From NCBI GenBank assembly GCA_951406725.2, contig OX597824.1, forward strand, positions 4,836,001 through 4,900,000: a DNA stretch of 64,000 nucleotides. Reading direction: 5' to 3'. The translations under genes and the position numbers were made by a program. This document shows, piece after piece, positions 25,511-38,085 of the stretch. Within the stretch, counting starts at the first letter, position 1, and every line of letters begins with the position of its first letter. The notes under the pieces are model-generated. The model did not search any database. It was not told the origin of the DNA and saw nothing but the letters and a program-made list of their open reading frames with translations. The stretch comes from Octopus vulgaris. Taxonomy: Eukaryota.

Positions 25511-26434
25511 TGCTTGTGTATGTTCATATATATAAACAGACATAGAAAAGTATTCTTAATACCATGTAGGAGCAACCTAGCCATGTAAATATAACATCAG
25601 AACAACCGGTTCAAATGTTTTGGTTCAAACCTACAGCAGGCACTGTGTGGAGAGAGAGAGAAAGGGTAAGGCAGTTTACTAAACTGTTGGACATTGGCTG
25701 TAGATTATTGAGAAACGTTAGGTCAATGTTCTATGAGAAAAAGACATATCAGTCATCCATTTAAAAATGCAGAACTGAAGCTAAAGCCCAAGAGCTTAAA
25801 AGACTAAAGACTGAAGAGATATTTACATAGAGGTAGAGTATGAGAACAAATGCATTATACTATTTAAATGATCGTTATAATGTAGAGACTTCTCCAGGCC
25901 AAATACTCATTCCACTTGGTTGAAATCATTCCACTTCACTTTACATGGCCAGTATTATTATGAAAGTGAAGAATACACCTTGTTTTCCGACTACTTAAAG
26001 TATAGGATATTGGTGCATAATTTATAACGTATCAGTATTTAGTTTTATCCTTCTCCAATCCACACTTAAATCACACTTTCTCTAAAATCACCAGCAATAA
26101 ACTTAGTGTAATTGACTGTACTGCATTATTTTAACTGAAACCTAGTCAAAAATAAATAGATCTTTAGTGTGCAAATGTGTTTACAAATTTCTTAATTCCA
26201 TCTGCAAGCCTATAGTCTACCATGAGAGGAAGATCAACTCATCAGCACCGGCCTGACAAAATGAATGTAAAACAATTAGAGAATGATATTTGTGTTGATA
26301 TGAAATTTGAGACATTTAACAAATTTCAGGTATAATTTTTTTATTAGTTTATTTCTTGAGCTTTAATCCTAGGTGACCCTTGAATAAGCAGGCTATTATC
26401 AAAAGGAAGAGAAAGAAATATAAAAGAAGTATTT

Positions 26435-27200
26435 GAGTGGCTGTGTGGTAGCTTGCTTACCAACCACATGGTTCCAGGTTCAGTCCCACTGCGTGGCATG
26501 CAAGTGTCTTCTACTATAGCCTCGGGCCGACCAAAGCCCTGTGAGTGTATTTGATAGATGGAAACTGTCATATATATATAAATATATCATCATCATAAAT
26601 GTGTGTCTGTGTCTGTGTATGTTTGTGTGTCCCAACATCAATTGACAACCGATGCTGATGTGTTTACTTACCCATAACATAGTGGTTTGGCAAAAGAGAC
26701 CAATAGAGTAAGTACTAGGCTTACAAAGAGGTTGTGAGTTTGAATCCCGGACCGGGCTGTGTGTTGTGTTCTTGAGCAAGACACTTCATTTCATGTTGCT
26801 CCAGTTCACTCAGCTGTAGAAATGAGTTGTGATGTCACAGTGTCAAGCTGTATCAGCCTTTGCCTTTCCTTTGGATAACATCAGTGGTGTGGAGAGTGGA
26901 GGCCAGTATGCATGGGTGACTGCTGGTCTTCCATAAACAACCTTGCCCGGACTTGTGCCTCGGAGGGAAACTTTCTAGGTACAATCCCAAGGTCATTCGT
27001 GACTGAAGGGGGTGTCCGTGTTTGTCTCCCCACCATCGCATGACAACCAAAGCTGGTGTGTTTACATCCCCATCGGCAAAAGAGACCGATAGAATAAGTA
27101 CTAGGCTTACAAAGAATAAGTCCTGGGGTCAATTTGCTCTACTAAAGGCAGTGCTCCAGCATAGCCGCAGCTGAATGACTGAAACAAATAAAAGAATAAA
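26435..27200 (+). mobile_element. Family B SINE with a nested family D SINE (about 26729-27012)
   Basis: Family B runs to ...aagtactaggcttacaaaga (26728), then gagtttgaatcccggacc (B box)...ttcttgagcaagacac, then family B resumes about 100 bp earlier in its consensus and ends in the standard tail. Confidence 0.8.
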
Positions 27201-27825
27201 AGAAAAAATAGAGAAAATATGAAAGAGTGGACAGCATGGATTGGGGTGGAAAAAGAGAGATCAAATTTGAAAAGTTGTCTTTTTTTTTGTTTTAAACATT
27301 CCATTTCATAACAAAATCCAAGTAGTATTGCTAACGAGTACCAATCAAATACTTATTCTTGCTTAGACTGCATTTATGGACATAATTATCAATGATATGA
27401 AATCAGGTTGAACAGTTAGCTCGATAGCACATCTCTCTTCACAACTACTCACTTCATTAGAAAATCTGGAAAGTGAGTTGAGTTTAGTGGTTCAGAGGGC
27501 TCTTAGTTCTATGCCACTGAACAGGGTAATTCAGGCAAACAAAAACAAGAACTTATTTTATCCTGTTACACATAACTAAAACAAAAATGACAGCAGTCTC
27601 ATGATATATACAAAATTTAACCTGAAGACAAAATTTAATCTAAATAACCATCTCTTGTCTTTTGACAGAAGATAAAGCATTAATGCAATAATAATTTAAT
27701 GGTATTTTGAAAGAAAGAAAATAGTGACACAGTGTTAAATGATGAGAAAATGATTAGTCCATTGAACTTGTAAAAGAAATACACAAATACACAACATTTG
27801 GGGGCTTTTCATTTCTTTGTCTTTT

Positions 27826-28221
27826 ATGTCACATTCATTAGGTGAGAAACAAATCCTCACCTCAACAGGACACTCGTTAATCTATATTGCAAGTAACTTA
27901 CACAGAAAATCCCAGATCTTATTGCTCACAATTAGGCAAACCAAAAAAAACTGTTGAGTTAATTTGCTTGTCCAGAGATAAATGGAACCTATCCTCATCA
28001 TCTTAATATCTTCTTTGCCATGTTTATATGGATTAGATGAAAGTATGTTTGAGCAAAGTATTCTATAGTTGAATGTCTTTCCTGTAACCAACCCCATCTA
28101 TTTGCAAATGCCTAATTGTGAGCAATAAGATCTGGGATTTTCTGTGTAAGTTACTTGCAATATAGATTAATGAGTGTCCTGTTGAGGTGAGGATTTGTTT
28201 CTCACCTAATGAATGCGACAT
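27826..28221. repeat. 113-bp near-perfect inverted repeat (27826-27938 / 28109-28221), 170-bp spacer
   Basis: Manual alignment gives 111/113 identity; both mismatches are CpG/TpG-type. Confidence 0.95.
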
Positions 28222-28454
28222 TACCCAGTCTATCAAACAACAGTTTGAACATGCTTACATAGAGAACTGGAAATAAAGGACATTAAAAATGAGCCTTTTT
28301 GTTAACAAAGATTGCAGGACATGTCAAGACATGTCAAGAGACCTGACATGTTTTATAGCAGACTGCAAGTAGATGACTGTTAGTGAAGCCATTGTTCACA
28401 ACCAATGAGTAAATGGCATGTGTGGACAAAGGAAATACCAAACCACAAACACAG

Positions 28455-28493
<39 letters not shown>

Positions 28494-28783
28494 CATCATC
28501 ATTGTCATCATCGTCATTTAACATCCGCTTTCCATGCTGGCACGAGTCAGATGGTTTGATTGACAACTGGCAAGCCAGAAGGTTGTACCAGGCTCCAACC
28601 TGATGTAGTAGAAAACACTCAATGGGACTGAACCTGGAAACCATATGTTTGTGATACAAACTTCTTGGCCACACCACCATCCCTGTGTCTTACAGTAGAA
28701 AATGAATTTGTAATCCATAAACAAGTTTACTGTTTAATGACTTATACATTCATCAACCGCTACAAAATAAAATAATAATAATG

Positions 28784-28826
<43 letters not shown>

Positions 28827-28833
28827 TAATAAT

Positions 28834-29583
28834 ATTGCAGAGCAAGATCAGAGCTTACCTACCAGAAACTACCATGCGAATGTCCTTAAAGATGGATCTG
28901 ACCCCTCACGCAAAATTTGCGGGAAATTCACAGAGACAATTGATCATGCTGTTTCTGGTTGCCAAGTCCTTGCTGAAAAGGAGTACCTCAGAAGACATGA
29001 CAGACTAGGGCAGTACATCCACTGGAATGCTTGTAAATACTACAAAATTAAATCTCATGATAAGCAGTACAGGCTCCATCCAGAGGATGTAGTAAATGAC
29101 GAGGGCATCACCATCCTTTGGCACTTCCCAATACAAACAGACAGAAAAACTGACTCCAATCGACCAGGATCAAGGACTTCAACGGAGGAACTTGTCTGTT
29201 AATAGATATGTCTGTCCCTCAAGATCAAAATGTCTCAAGAGAGGAATACAAAAAGCTTTCTCACTATAAAGATCTATAAATTGTAATCACAAAAATGTGG
29301 AAGCTTATTACTATGATAATACCAGTAGTAATAAAGAAGGGAGCTGAGCAGTATATTAAGCAACTCCCTGGTAATTCCAATGTCCGTGAACTACAAAAGA
29401 TAACCTTGATGGGTACAGCCCCTGTATACTACGGAAAACACTCTCCATCTAAAATGGAATAAATGTGGTGATAATATTAGCATGCATTGCAAAACAAAAG
29501 TGCTCTTGCTATTCTTGGCTTCCAGAGGACGCCAAGAGTACTAAGGCAGCTGATATAGAGTTATAATGAAAAGAAGCCATTAA
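28834..29583 (+). mobile_element. R4/Dong-clade non-LTR retrotransposon 3' fragment (CCHC-like region plus restriction-like endonuclease) in a (TAA)n repeat
   Basis: IAEQDQSLPTRNY...ICGKFTETIDHAVSGC..LAEKEYLRRHD...ILWHFPIQTDRK..SNRP...CLLIDMSVP...KKLSHYKDL...IPVVI...LQKITLMGTA. Flanked by (AAT)n at 28770-28833 and 29584-29686. Confidence 0.88.
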
Positions 29584-29586
29584 TAA

Positions 29587-29673
<87 letters not shown>

Positions 29674-29689
29674 TAATAATAATAATTGT

Positions 29690-29870
29690 TTGTAATATAA
29701 GCACAAGACCTAAAATTTGGGGGAAGAGGATAGTGAATTACATCAACCCCAGTACTCAACTGGTACTTATTCTAGTGACCCTGAAATGATGAAAGGCAAA
29801 GTTAGCCTCAGAATGTAAATAACCATAATAAACACCACAAGGCGAACATTCTAATCATTCTACCAATTCA
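29690..29870 (-). mobile_element. Family A SINE, degenerate
   Basis: ccccagtactcaactggtacttattc...gatgaaaggcaaagt. Confidence 0.7.
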
Positions 29871-30239
29871 ATAATGATAAAATGAAAAATATGTAGATGG
29901 TATTGATTGATTAATGTAGATGTTAACATAATTATTACAATAGTCACAGAAATTAATTATTCCAATTGATAATTTGTCAGTTTATCAACTATTGAATGTT
30001 TAACTAGCAATAGTTGGCAGAAACATCTTTTATTCATATTGATGATATCATGGAGAAGAGGAAGAGGAGGAAGAAGGAGAGAGAAAGAACAACAGTTGGT
30101 TCTTGCATAAAGTGGTTCTTTATGGAACAACAGAAGGAAGAGTAACAGAAAAAATAGAATTTAAGGACACAACAGCCACAACCTTATAACCAAAGATTCA
30201 TCGTTCTTCTAGTCCTATTCTGTACATTTCCCTTATCAA

Positions 30240-30720
30240 TTCATAGAACAGGTTCAGATTACTACACTCAGACTCCAATCAAGGAATATATGGTAGCTTC
30301 AACAACCAAAAACTCCAACATGCACCATTCCAATTATAACTGACTTCAGTAAATCTTTCCACTCCATTTCCCACATCCTAATTATAAACAAAACATAATG
30401 TTTCATAGCAAAGTTTCTTTCACATCACAAAGCATACACAGAATATAAAAAAGCATCTAAAAATCTGTAATTTCTCAGTTCTGTAAGGATCTCTTCCCAT
30501 CTATTTTAAGTTGTATCATCATGGCCACTTCACATTCACTGCAAACCATGCACGTCCTTTTATGTAGAAAACATCCTAGTTACCTTCTATTACCAAACAT
30601 AGCTGCCAAGCAGCTCAAACTCTTTACCAAAGATCTAACAAGTTAACTCTAAACAAATAGACTAAGACTAGCATCTACCAAATCCATGTTTTCCCTTCTT
30701 TCCAGCAACAAAAAAGGACA
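30240..30720 (+). mobile_element. Highly decayed LINE reverse transcriptase fragment
   Basis: IITDFSKSFHSISH at about 30332-30375 resembles RT motif DFSKAFDSV; the rest is barely alignable. Confidence 0.4.
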
Positions 30721-30913
30721 TTATTATATACAATTAACTATGACAATCAACAACATAAATGTACCAGACACAGAGTTGATAAAAATACCAGCAATTAACC
30801 ACAACATTCACACAACATAGAAGGAATTTAAAAAAAGAAGTATACAAATGCATAAGGGCACAGATTATTCATAGACACTACATGTAGATAACACAAAGAT
30901 AAAATAACACTAA

Positions 30914-32305
30914 CATCATCATCATTTAGCATCTGCTTTCCATGCTAACATGGGTTGAACAGTTTGATGGGAGCTGGTCAACTGGGGAGCTGCCCAGGTT
31001 CCAATTGTCTATTTTGACATAGTTTCTAAGGATAGACGCCTTTCCTAATGCCAACCACTACACAGAGCATTCCGGGTGCTTTTTATATGGCAATGACATG
31101 GGGGCTTTTATGTGGCACTGCCACAGGTGTTTATACATGGAACTGGACTGTGTGCTTTTACATGACACCAGCAAGGGCACTTTAACATGGCACAGGTGAT
31201 TTTAGATGTCACCAGCATCCACAAGAGGAGCTCTCAGCTGAGAGAAGGGCATTGAAGACATAGCTGTATGTATGGAGAGCCACAGTTTTATTTTGCTTGA
31301 CATGTCTTCTCAAATATAGCAAACCACCAGAAGTCTCAGTTCCTTGCCATCTCCTCTGTGAGGCCCAACATCTAAAGATCCTTTCTCACTACACTGAACC
31401 ATGTCTTCCACAAATTCCCTCCACAATTAGAGGTTAGCATTCCTTTATACAGCCATCCTCATCCATATGCATCACATAACCATACCAGTACAGTCTTCTC
31501 TCTTGCACTCTACAACTGATGCCTTGTATGTCCAGTTTTTCTCTTAAATCAATTTTCACTCTGCTGTACATGCATACTGACATTACTGAACCAATGGCTT
31601 CATGCCCTCTGTAGTCATACCCCATGTTTCACTGCCATGTAGCATAGTTGTACATACACAAGCATCATACGATCTACCTTTCACTCTTAGAGAGCTTTCT
31701 GAACTTTTCCCAACCTGTTTTTATTCTAGCAATTACACTTTCAGAACTTCTTCTTCCACTACTAACTTGGTTGCCAAGGTAACGGAAGCTATCTATTACT
31801 TCTAAGGATCCTCTGCCCTCACATACATTTGAGGAAGTCTATTCTTTATACATTCCTAGTGATTATTGTACCTACACACCTGCCACACACAAAGGCTATT
31901 TTTTCTGTTAACCTTCCCCTAATACTGCTGCACCTATTATATGTCCATAGCTTGCACAGGGTACACCACATGGAGTTTCTACCAACACCTTTTCTACATA
32001 ATGAACAGAGCCATTTTTCTGAAAGAATTTGACTTTTGTCCATTTTTTTCTACTTACTAGGACTTTGGTGTTAGTTAATTAACTCTAAGGCCCTTAGATT
32101 CCAGCCCATGCTTCCACACTTGAAATTTCCTCTCTAGTTCAGGTAGTAATTCAGCAATAAGAACAAGGTCATCAGCATAGAGGAGCTTCCAAGGGCAGCC
32201 ACTCTTAAATTCCTCTGTTATAGCCTGGAGGGCTATGACATAGTAGAGGAGTCTGAGAATCAATCTTTGGTGAACTCCTACTTGTACACTAAATTCATTG
32301 CTATA
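30914..32305 (-). mobile_element. RTE LINE, 5'-truncated: RT C-terminal half, PHD-like finger, 3' UTR with about 25-bp VNTR and (GAT)n tail
   Basis: EFSVQVGVHQ...GCPWKLLYADDLVLIAE; WLCSLCRKGVGRNSMWCTLCKLWTYNRC...FVCGRC; RRLYWYGYVMHM; tail catcatcatttagcatctgctttccatgc. Confidence 0.9.
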
Positions 32306-32322
32306 CAAAGTGTAAAAGAATT

Positions 32323-32750
32323 ATTTCTACTCTAGGCACAAAGCCTTGAAAATTTTGGCAGGAAGTGGGCTAGTCGATTATATTAACCCCAGTGCATAAC
32401 TGGTACTTATTTCATCAACCCCAAAAGGATGGAAGGCAGAATTCAAACTCAGAACATAGTGGCATATGAAATACTGCTAAGCAGTTTGCTTGGTGTGCTA
32501 ACGATTCTGCCAGCTCACTGCCTTAACAAAGTGTAAAATAATATATTCTTTTCTACTCTAAGAACAAGGCCTGAAATTTTGGGGGAGGGGGGCCAGTCAA
32601 TTAGATCAACCCCAGCACGCAACTGGTACTTAATTTATCGACCCCGAAAGGATGAAAGACAAAGTAACCCTTGACGGAATTTGAACTCAGAACATAAGGA
32701 CAGACGAAATACAGCTAAACATTTCGTCCAGTGTGCTAACATTTCTGCCA
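32323..32750 (-). mobile_element. Two tandem family A SINEs (32323-32524 and 32548-32750)
   Basis: Both carry ctggtactta..tcgaccccgaaaggatg and ttgaactcagaac. Confidence 0.85.
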
Positions 32751-32842
32751 TGTATTATATCTGTCATGGATTAGGCCAGTCATGCATGGGCCTCCAATCT
32801 CTGCACAACAAACGACAACAAACTACAGAAAACACATTCTGC

Positions 32843-33080
32843 CAGTCATTCTCAACCAGAGTTCCAAAGACCCTTGGGCGTCCATATAAGAGTTTGTTGT
32901 TAAAAGTTATGTGAAATAAATACTTCCACAATACGAAAAATATTTTAATAATTATTTAATATTATCTGTAATAATATTTAATCATGAAAATATAATAGGA
33001 TTCTTTTTAAACAGAGAATGGTTATGAGGATCTAGTAGAGTAGAATAAGAATCAGAGGGGTCCGTAGTTGAGAACCACAG
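32843..33080. mobile_element. hAT/Charlie-type MITE
   Basis: Imperfect TIRs cagtcattctcaac / gttgagaaccacag (CAGTGGTTCTCAA-type). An 8-bp TSD is not recognisable. Confidence 0.55.
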
Positions 33081-33164
33081 ATGTGAACAATGAAACCAAG
33101 CAAAATGTATCACCAGCTGGACATCTGATGGGTAAACTTTGTTTTAAATCATCCTTGTATTATC

Positions 33165-33450
33165 GCCATCATCATCATCATCGTTTAACGTCTGCTTTCC
33201 ATGCTAGCATGGGTTGGACGATTTGACTGAGGACTGACAAACCAGACGGCTGTACCAGGCTCCAATCTGATCTGGCAGAGTTTCTACAGCTGGATGCCCT
33301 TCCTAACGCCAACCACTCTGAGAGTGCAGTGGGCACTTTTACGTGCCACCAGCACAAGGTCCAGTCAGGCGGTACTGGCAATGGCCATGCTCAAATGGTG
33401 TTTTTTACGTGCCACCCGCACAGGAGCCAGTCCAGTGGCACTGACAATGA
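33165..33450 (-). mobile_element. RTE 3' UTR/tail fragment, well preserved
   Basis: catcatcatcgtttaacgtctgctttccatgctagcatgggttggacg. Confidence 0.85.
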
Positions 33451-33784
33451 CTTTGTACCGTATTACTTAAATTTGATGGTTGTACAAAACACTTAAGTTT
33501 TAGGAAAAGACTGAAATGTTTCTAATTCTAGTTACCACACAAACATACATCAGACTATTTACTTCTACAATGAACAAGAATGTAGAAATCCTAAATGGGA
33601 ACAGGGTGTGTGTGTGTGTACACGCATGCATGGGTGTGTGTGTGTACAGAGAGAAAAGGGGAGTGAGAGAGGGAGAGTGTGTGTTGGATATATGCAAACA
33701 AACTTCAGCAGACCATAATAGATGATCTAATGTAATGTTATGCAGCGTTTACTGACTTTTAACTTTCTCAATTCTTTTTCAGAT

Positions 33785-34130
33785 ATGCCAACAGGAAATG
33801 AAGAGGCATGCCAAGATTTTAGCTCTGGCGGCCAACCACAGTAACTTGGATACCGCCAGCTTTTTGAACATGACTGGGTTCTTCATACTCGGGTTTGGGA
33901 AAGTGTTGGATGTGTCGTTTGTAGCCAGAGGAGAAAAACATTCTCAGCAGTCAGACATCATTTCAATGGCCAAGTTCAACCAGCAGATCCAGGACATCAT
34001 CGATAACTCCAGCGAGTTAATAAGGACTACTTCCAAGCGGTTAAAGATAGCAGAATCCGTTATCGGAAGTGTAGTGCAAGTGGGTATCAGGTAAAGGCCT
34101 ACATGATAAGTAATGGTCAGTTCATGTATG
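33785..34130 (+). mobile_element. maT (DD37D)-like transposase N-terminal relic
   Basis: MKRHAKILAL...KHSQQSDII...FNQQIQDIID...IR*KAYMISNGQFM resembles the maT-type pattern KKHSRRSDxIRTPEF.QQVQ.II...DIRYKSY.MR.GQFM. Confidence 0.6.
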
Positions 34131-34619
34131 ACAAGACCCGGGCAAATTATGCGATCATGAGATTCCCAGTGTCACTTGGCCTTCTCGTGTGCCGTATTTG
34201 AACTTGTTGGAGCATCATCAAGAGATAAGAATTGGCCAGCAGTTCTGCAGTGCCACAGACATGTTGGGGTAGGGGCTGGGATCTTCTGTTGTAGGTGTGG
34301 CGGATGACATTGTCAGAGGATACCTGATGGCAGTTGCTTCTGTAGCTGCATTGGGGCCATCATTAGGGTTCAGGGTAGTTTTATTTCTTTGATGTATTGA
34401 GGTGAACATGTGTGACATTTTGCTGGGTGTATCCATTGTTACTCTTTGGTATTCTGGATTTTTCTTCTTTAGTTTTCTTCTCAGTAGCCTGGCACATCCT
34501 GAGTGTAAGTGAGTGGTTGGTGGTGATGGTTAGTGATGGAGGTGGTGGAAGGTCTCTTGGGATAGGATACTTATAATGTAACTTAAACCTAACTCAATTT
34601 CAAGTACAGTCAACTTTAA

Positions 34620-34839
34620 CCCTTTCATTACTGTATTTCTGTTGAGATGCTCTGTGTTTCTTTCAATTACTTTAAATATAACAAAGAATTTAGTAAAATA
34701 ACTTAATTATCATTAATCTAGTGTTAGGAACGTAAATTGTGACTAAGGCTTGGTGGAATATTTTAATTCAAAACTTATGAAAACAAGACATTTTACCACA
34801 GAGCCAGAGCCGGTTTTGGCCGGGTTAGTAACAAAAGGG
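34620..34839. mobile_element. piggyBac-type MITE, 220 bp
   Basis: TTAA target duplications at 34616-34619 and 34840-34843. TIRs ccctttcattact / agtaacaaaaggg. Confidence 0.85.
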
Positions 34840-35499
34840 TTAAAAGCAATAAATAGCAGACAAATTCTTTAACATACAAAGAAAAATATTTATTAAAGTG
34901 TAATTTCATGGCTTCAGTAATTGGAAAGTTAACACATAGCACGTCCAAAATGTATGTAAAATTGTAGAAGTGAAATTACAAAACAGACATGGTGCTGATC
35001 TTTCAGTGCAAAAATCTCAAATTCAAATCCACAGTAAATGTTTTGTTGTTCATTTCTGTATTATTCGGTCCTCCTAGATGCAAAGTGGTACAGATCTTCT
35101 TGAAGTGTTATCTTGGTTATACCGATGTCCAGAAAATTCATCTAGCATCAGATAAAAACCATAAAAGTGAAACCCCAAAAGTTAATCAGAGACACACTTT
35201 GTTATATTGAAAATTGTTACTGGAGAGCTGCAGTTGGATGTCTTCAAGTAGTTGTATGAACTAGAAGTAGTAGTCAGTCAAATGCTTAGTTTCAGAGCAA
35301 GCTAAAACTATGCTTGAGTCTATGCAAAACCTTGAGCAAGTGTCTTCTACCAGGGACTGAGGTTGACTAAAACTCTGAGTGAAATCTGATAGACACTGGG
35401 AAAGCCCATTGGAGAGACAGTTCTTAATTTTAGATGGTAGACTTCATCAAATTTTCTTAACTTATTGGTTCTGGAGAAAGGAGTAGTGCCCTTAACAGG

Positions 35500-35930
35500 C
35501 TCTGCCTAACTAGTGAGAGTTATGCCATTAATATTCTTCTTGAATATTTATAAGTTAACACCTGCAGGAAAGACATGAACAGGGAGAAAATTTCAGAGGG
35601 GCAATGCTCTGAGGAGGAAGGATTGGACATTGTGATAAGTATGGTGCCTGGGAAGTTATGCAGTAAACATTATGAGAGGAGGAGATGGCACGAGTACTAC
35701 CAGCTCTGAGGGGTACAGCCTATCATAAAAGGGGTAGCAAAGGTATAGAGAGAAGATAACACAATATGGTCTGGAGCTGGAACATGTCTGTGAGTGATTT
35801 TGTACCAGTCAGTCAGGTGACCTGTTTCTGAATATGGTCTTGGATTTTCATGTGTGCAGTAGCAGCACTATCCTGGATGTAAAAGCAATACTCCATGCTG
35901 GGCGTCACCTGAGCTTTGTAGTGTTCAGTT
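35500..35930 (-). mobile_element. CR1/L2-type LINE 3' end, decayed
   Basis: YKAQVTPSMEYC...DHIQKQ...SELVVLVP resembles YKAQIRPxMEYCSHxW...LDRIQ. Confidence 0.6.
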
Positions 35931-37929
35931 TAACATCAACTCTTACCTCTCTCTGGTATGCCTTTAGCAGAATCTAGACTTTGGAAAACAATCAGGCAAA
36001 GTCTCTGCTCTGAGAATAATTTCTTCACTTCCTCGCTCTCAGTGCCCTTGAAAAGGGTCATGAGCATTGCTTTTCCTTCCCTATATCATATGCAGTGACT
36101 GTGGTTGCATTTTGTTTCCCAAGGATTCACAGGAGATGGTAAACAACAAAAGCTAAAAACTCATTTACAAAGCTAATCTATAAGGTGTTTCAAAATCCAC
36201 ATACACCTTTAATGCACAACACCCGGCCCTTTTTACTCAAATAGTTGGAAGCTGAGATGATCCTTATTTCTTCCTCCCTACATTTACCTGATAAACTGTT
36301 TTTCAGTGGAAACAGTTCAATATCAAAATTTGTGAGATTCTCAAATCATCTAATAATCAAAGCACCAAATACCATAATTATACAAGAGTGAGCATGTATG
36401 TGTACATAAATGTATATGAGCATACCTGTATGCATATGTGTGTGTGTGTGTGTGTAAACAGAACTAAGTCATAGTTCCATGTGCTTCAAAAACAGAAATT
36501 TTGTCATTTATACAGGTGTTTGTAAGGAGTATCTGTCAAACCAATGACAACATGGAAAAATAAAAAATAAACAATAAACTGATAATGATGATAAGAAGAT
36601 AGAATGGTGAGAGAAGAGAATGGGGAAGGAGCAGGAACGCATTTGCACTAACATAAAATGCTATCAAGAACATTTGTTTCCATCACATAATACAAAATGC
36701 AACAAGATGTTTGCTTTTATTTTGCTATCTGTATCAAGAATCCGGGTTATATCTCTTAATATAACAGTTTCCTTATCTGCCTTGTTCATCAAATGATTCC
36801 AATTTCTAATTATTGGAGATTTCGTTTGTTTATTTCTTTAGCTTTCATTTTATCATCTTCAATTTAGTGTCTTTTGCTAGAAGAATAAAGGCAACAGCAG
36901 CCAATTGATATGGAAAACCTCAGCAGAAAATCTATTTTATCTTTCACTCCTTTTGCCATTCCATTATCTAACATGATCCTGGTTTTATTTTGCTGATAAT
37001 TTATGTATTCAAATTTCTCAAAACTGAAAGAAGTAACTTCAGAATTTGATAATTTGGAACATAGAGAAACAAGAATGAATGCAAAAAACAAAAAATAAAT
37101 AATGACAACAGAGATTCCTTCTGTTCCATATTTCTTCTTGTCTTTTGTTTTATAGTTATTCTATTCACAATTCTTCTATTCATCAGTTCTTTAGATTTTT
37201 TTAGCCACCTATTCTTTAGCATTGAAGTTTTCGGTTCTTTCTCCTTTGGGTAGAAAGATCATAGTTGTTCTGCTGCTGCTATTCACACGGTGACATTATG
37301 GAAGTTATGATAAAAAGGTAATGATGATAAAGCCTTCAAATGTTCTTTCCATCACCACAATACACTACTAACTAAGGTGTAACAATGTTATTTTTCTCAT
37401 GTAAGAATTTTAATTCCATACAAGTTTAACATTACAAGCAGATGTTGATTAGATGTCACTTAGTGCTTGGGCTTCTATATGATGCCTATTTACGGCTGAC
37501 TTTAACAATACAATAGAGCAAAACCACTGATGTGACAGAAACCCTTTGTCAGCAGGTCAGCACAAACCCTATCAACATGGCCAGTTTTTATGCTCCTTCA
37601 GTTATTTCAGTTAGCATAAACCCTTAGCATATAGCCTGAAGGAAGAGTTCAAAATCAAGTTCAGAGAAGGAAGAGCGATGGCTTTCTGATGAGGAAGAAA
37701 GTATGAATAGCTTATAAGCACAATGTATTGTCTGCTTCAACCATTCTGCCATACAGAAGATCCATCTACACCTGCCATCTCTGGTTTCTTAAGGACAGTT
37801 TTTATAGCATGCTGAATGAAAGACTATCAGCCAGTCACTCACCCTTTCTCTATTTCTTGGAAGGAACAGTCACTGAGTGGCCCTTCATAATCCATTCATG
37901 ACATGGTCAATTCTGAGAGAGAGAGAGAG

Positions 37930-38085
37930 AATCAACCCCAGTACTTGACTGGAACTTCGTTTATTGACTCCAGAATGATGGAAAGCAAAGTTAACTGTGG
38001 CAGGATATGAACTCAGAACACAAAGAACTAGAACAGTTGTTGCAAAGCATTTGTCTAATGTTCTAATAATTCTGCCAATCAACCA
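37930..38085 (-). mobile_element. Family A SINE, degenerate
   Basis: aaccccagtacttgactgg...tgaactcagaac. Confidence 0.7.

Noticed and set aside
26231-26262. Minus-strand micro-exon AGADELIFLS resembling the HisF motif GADEL
   Set aside because: Too short, weak donor, animals lack histidine biosynthesis, and no phase-compatible downstream exon was found.
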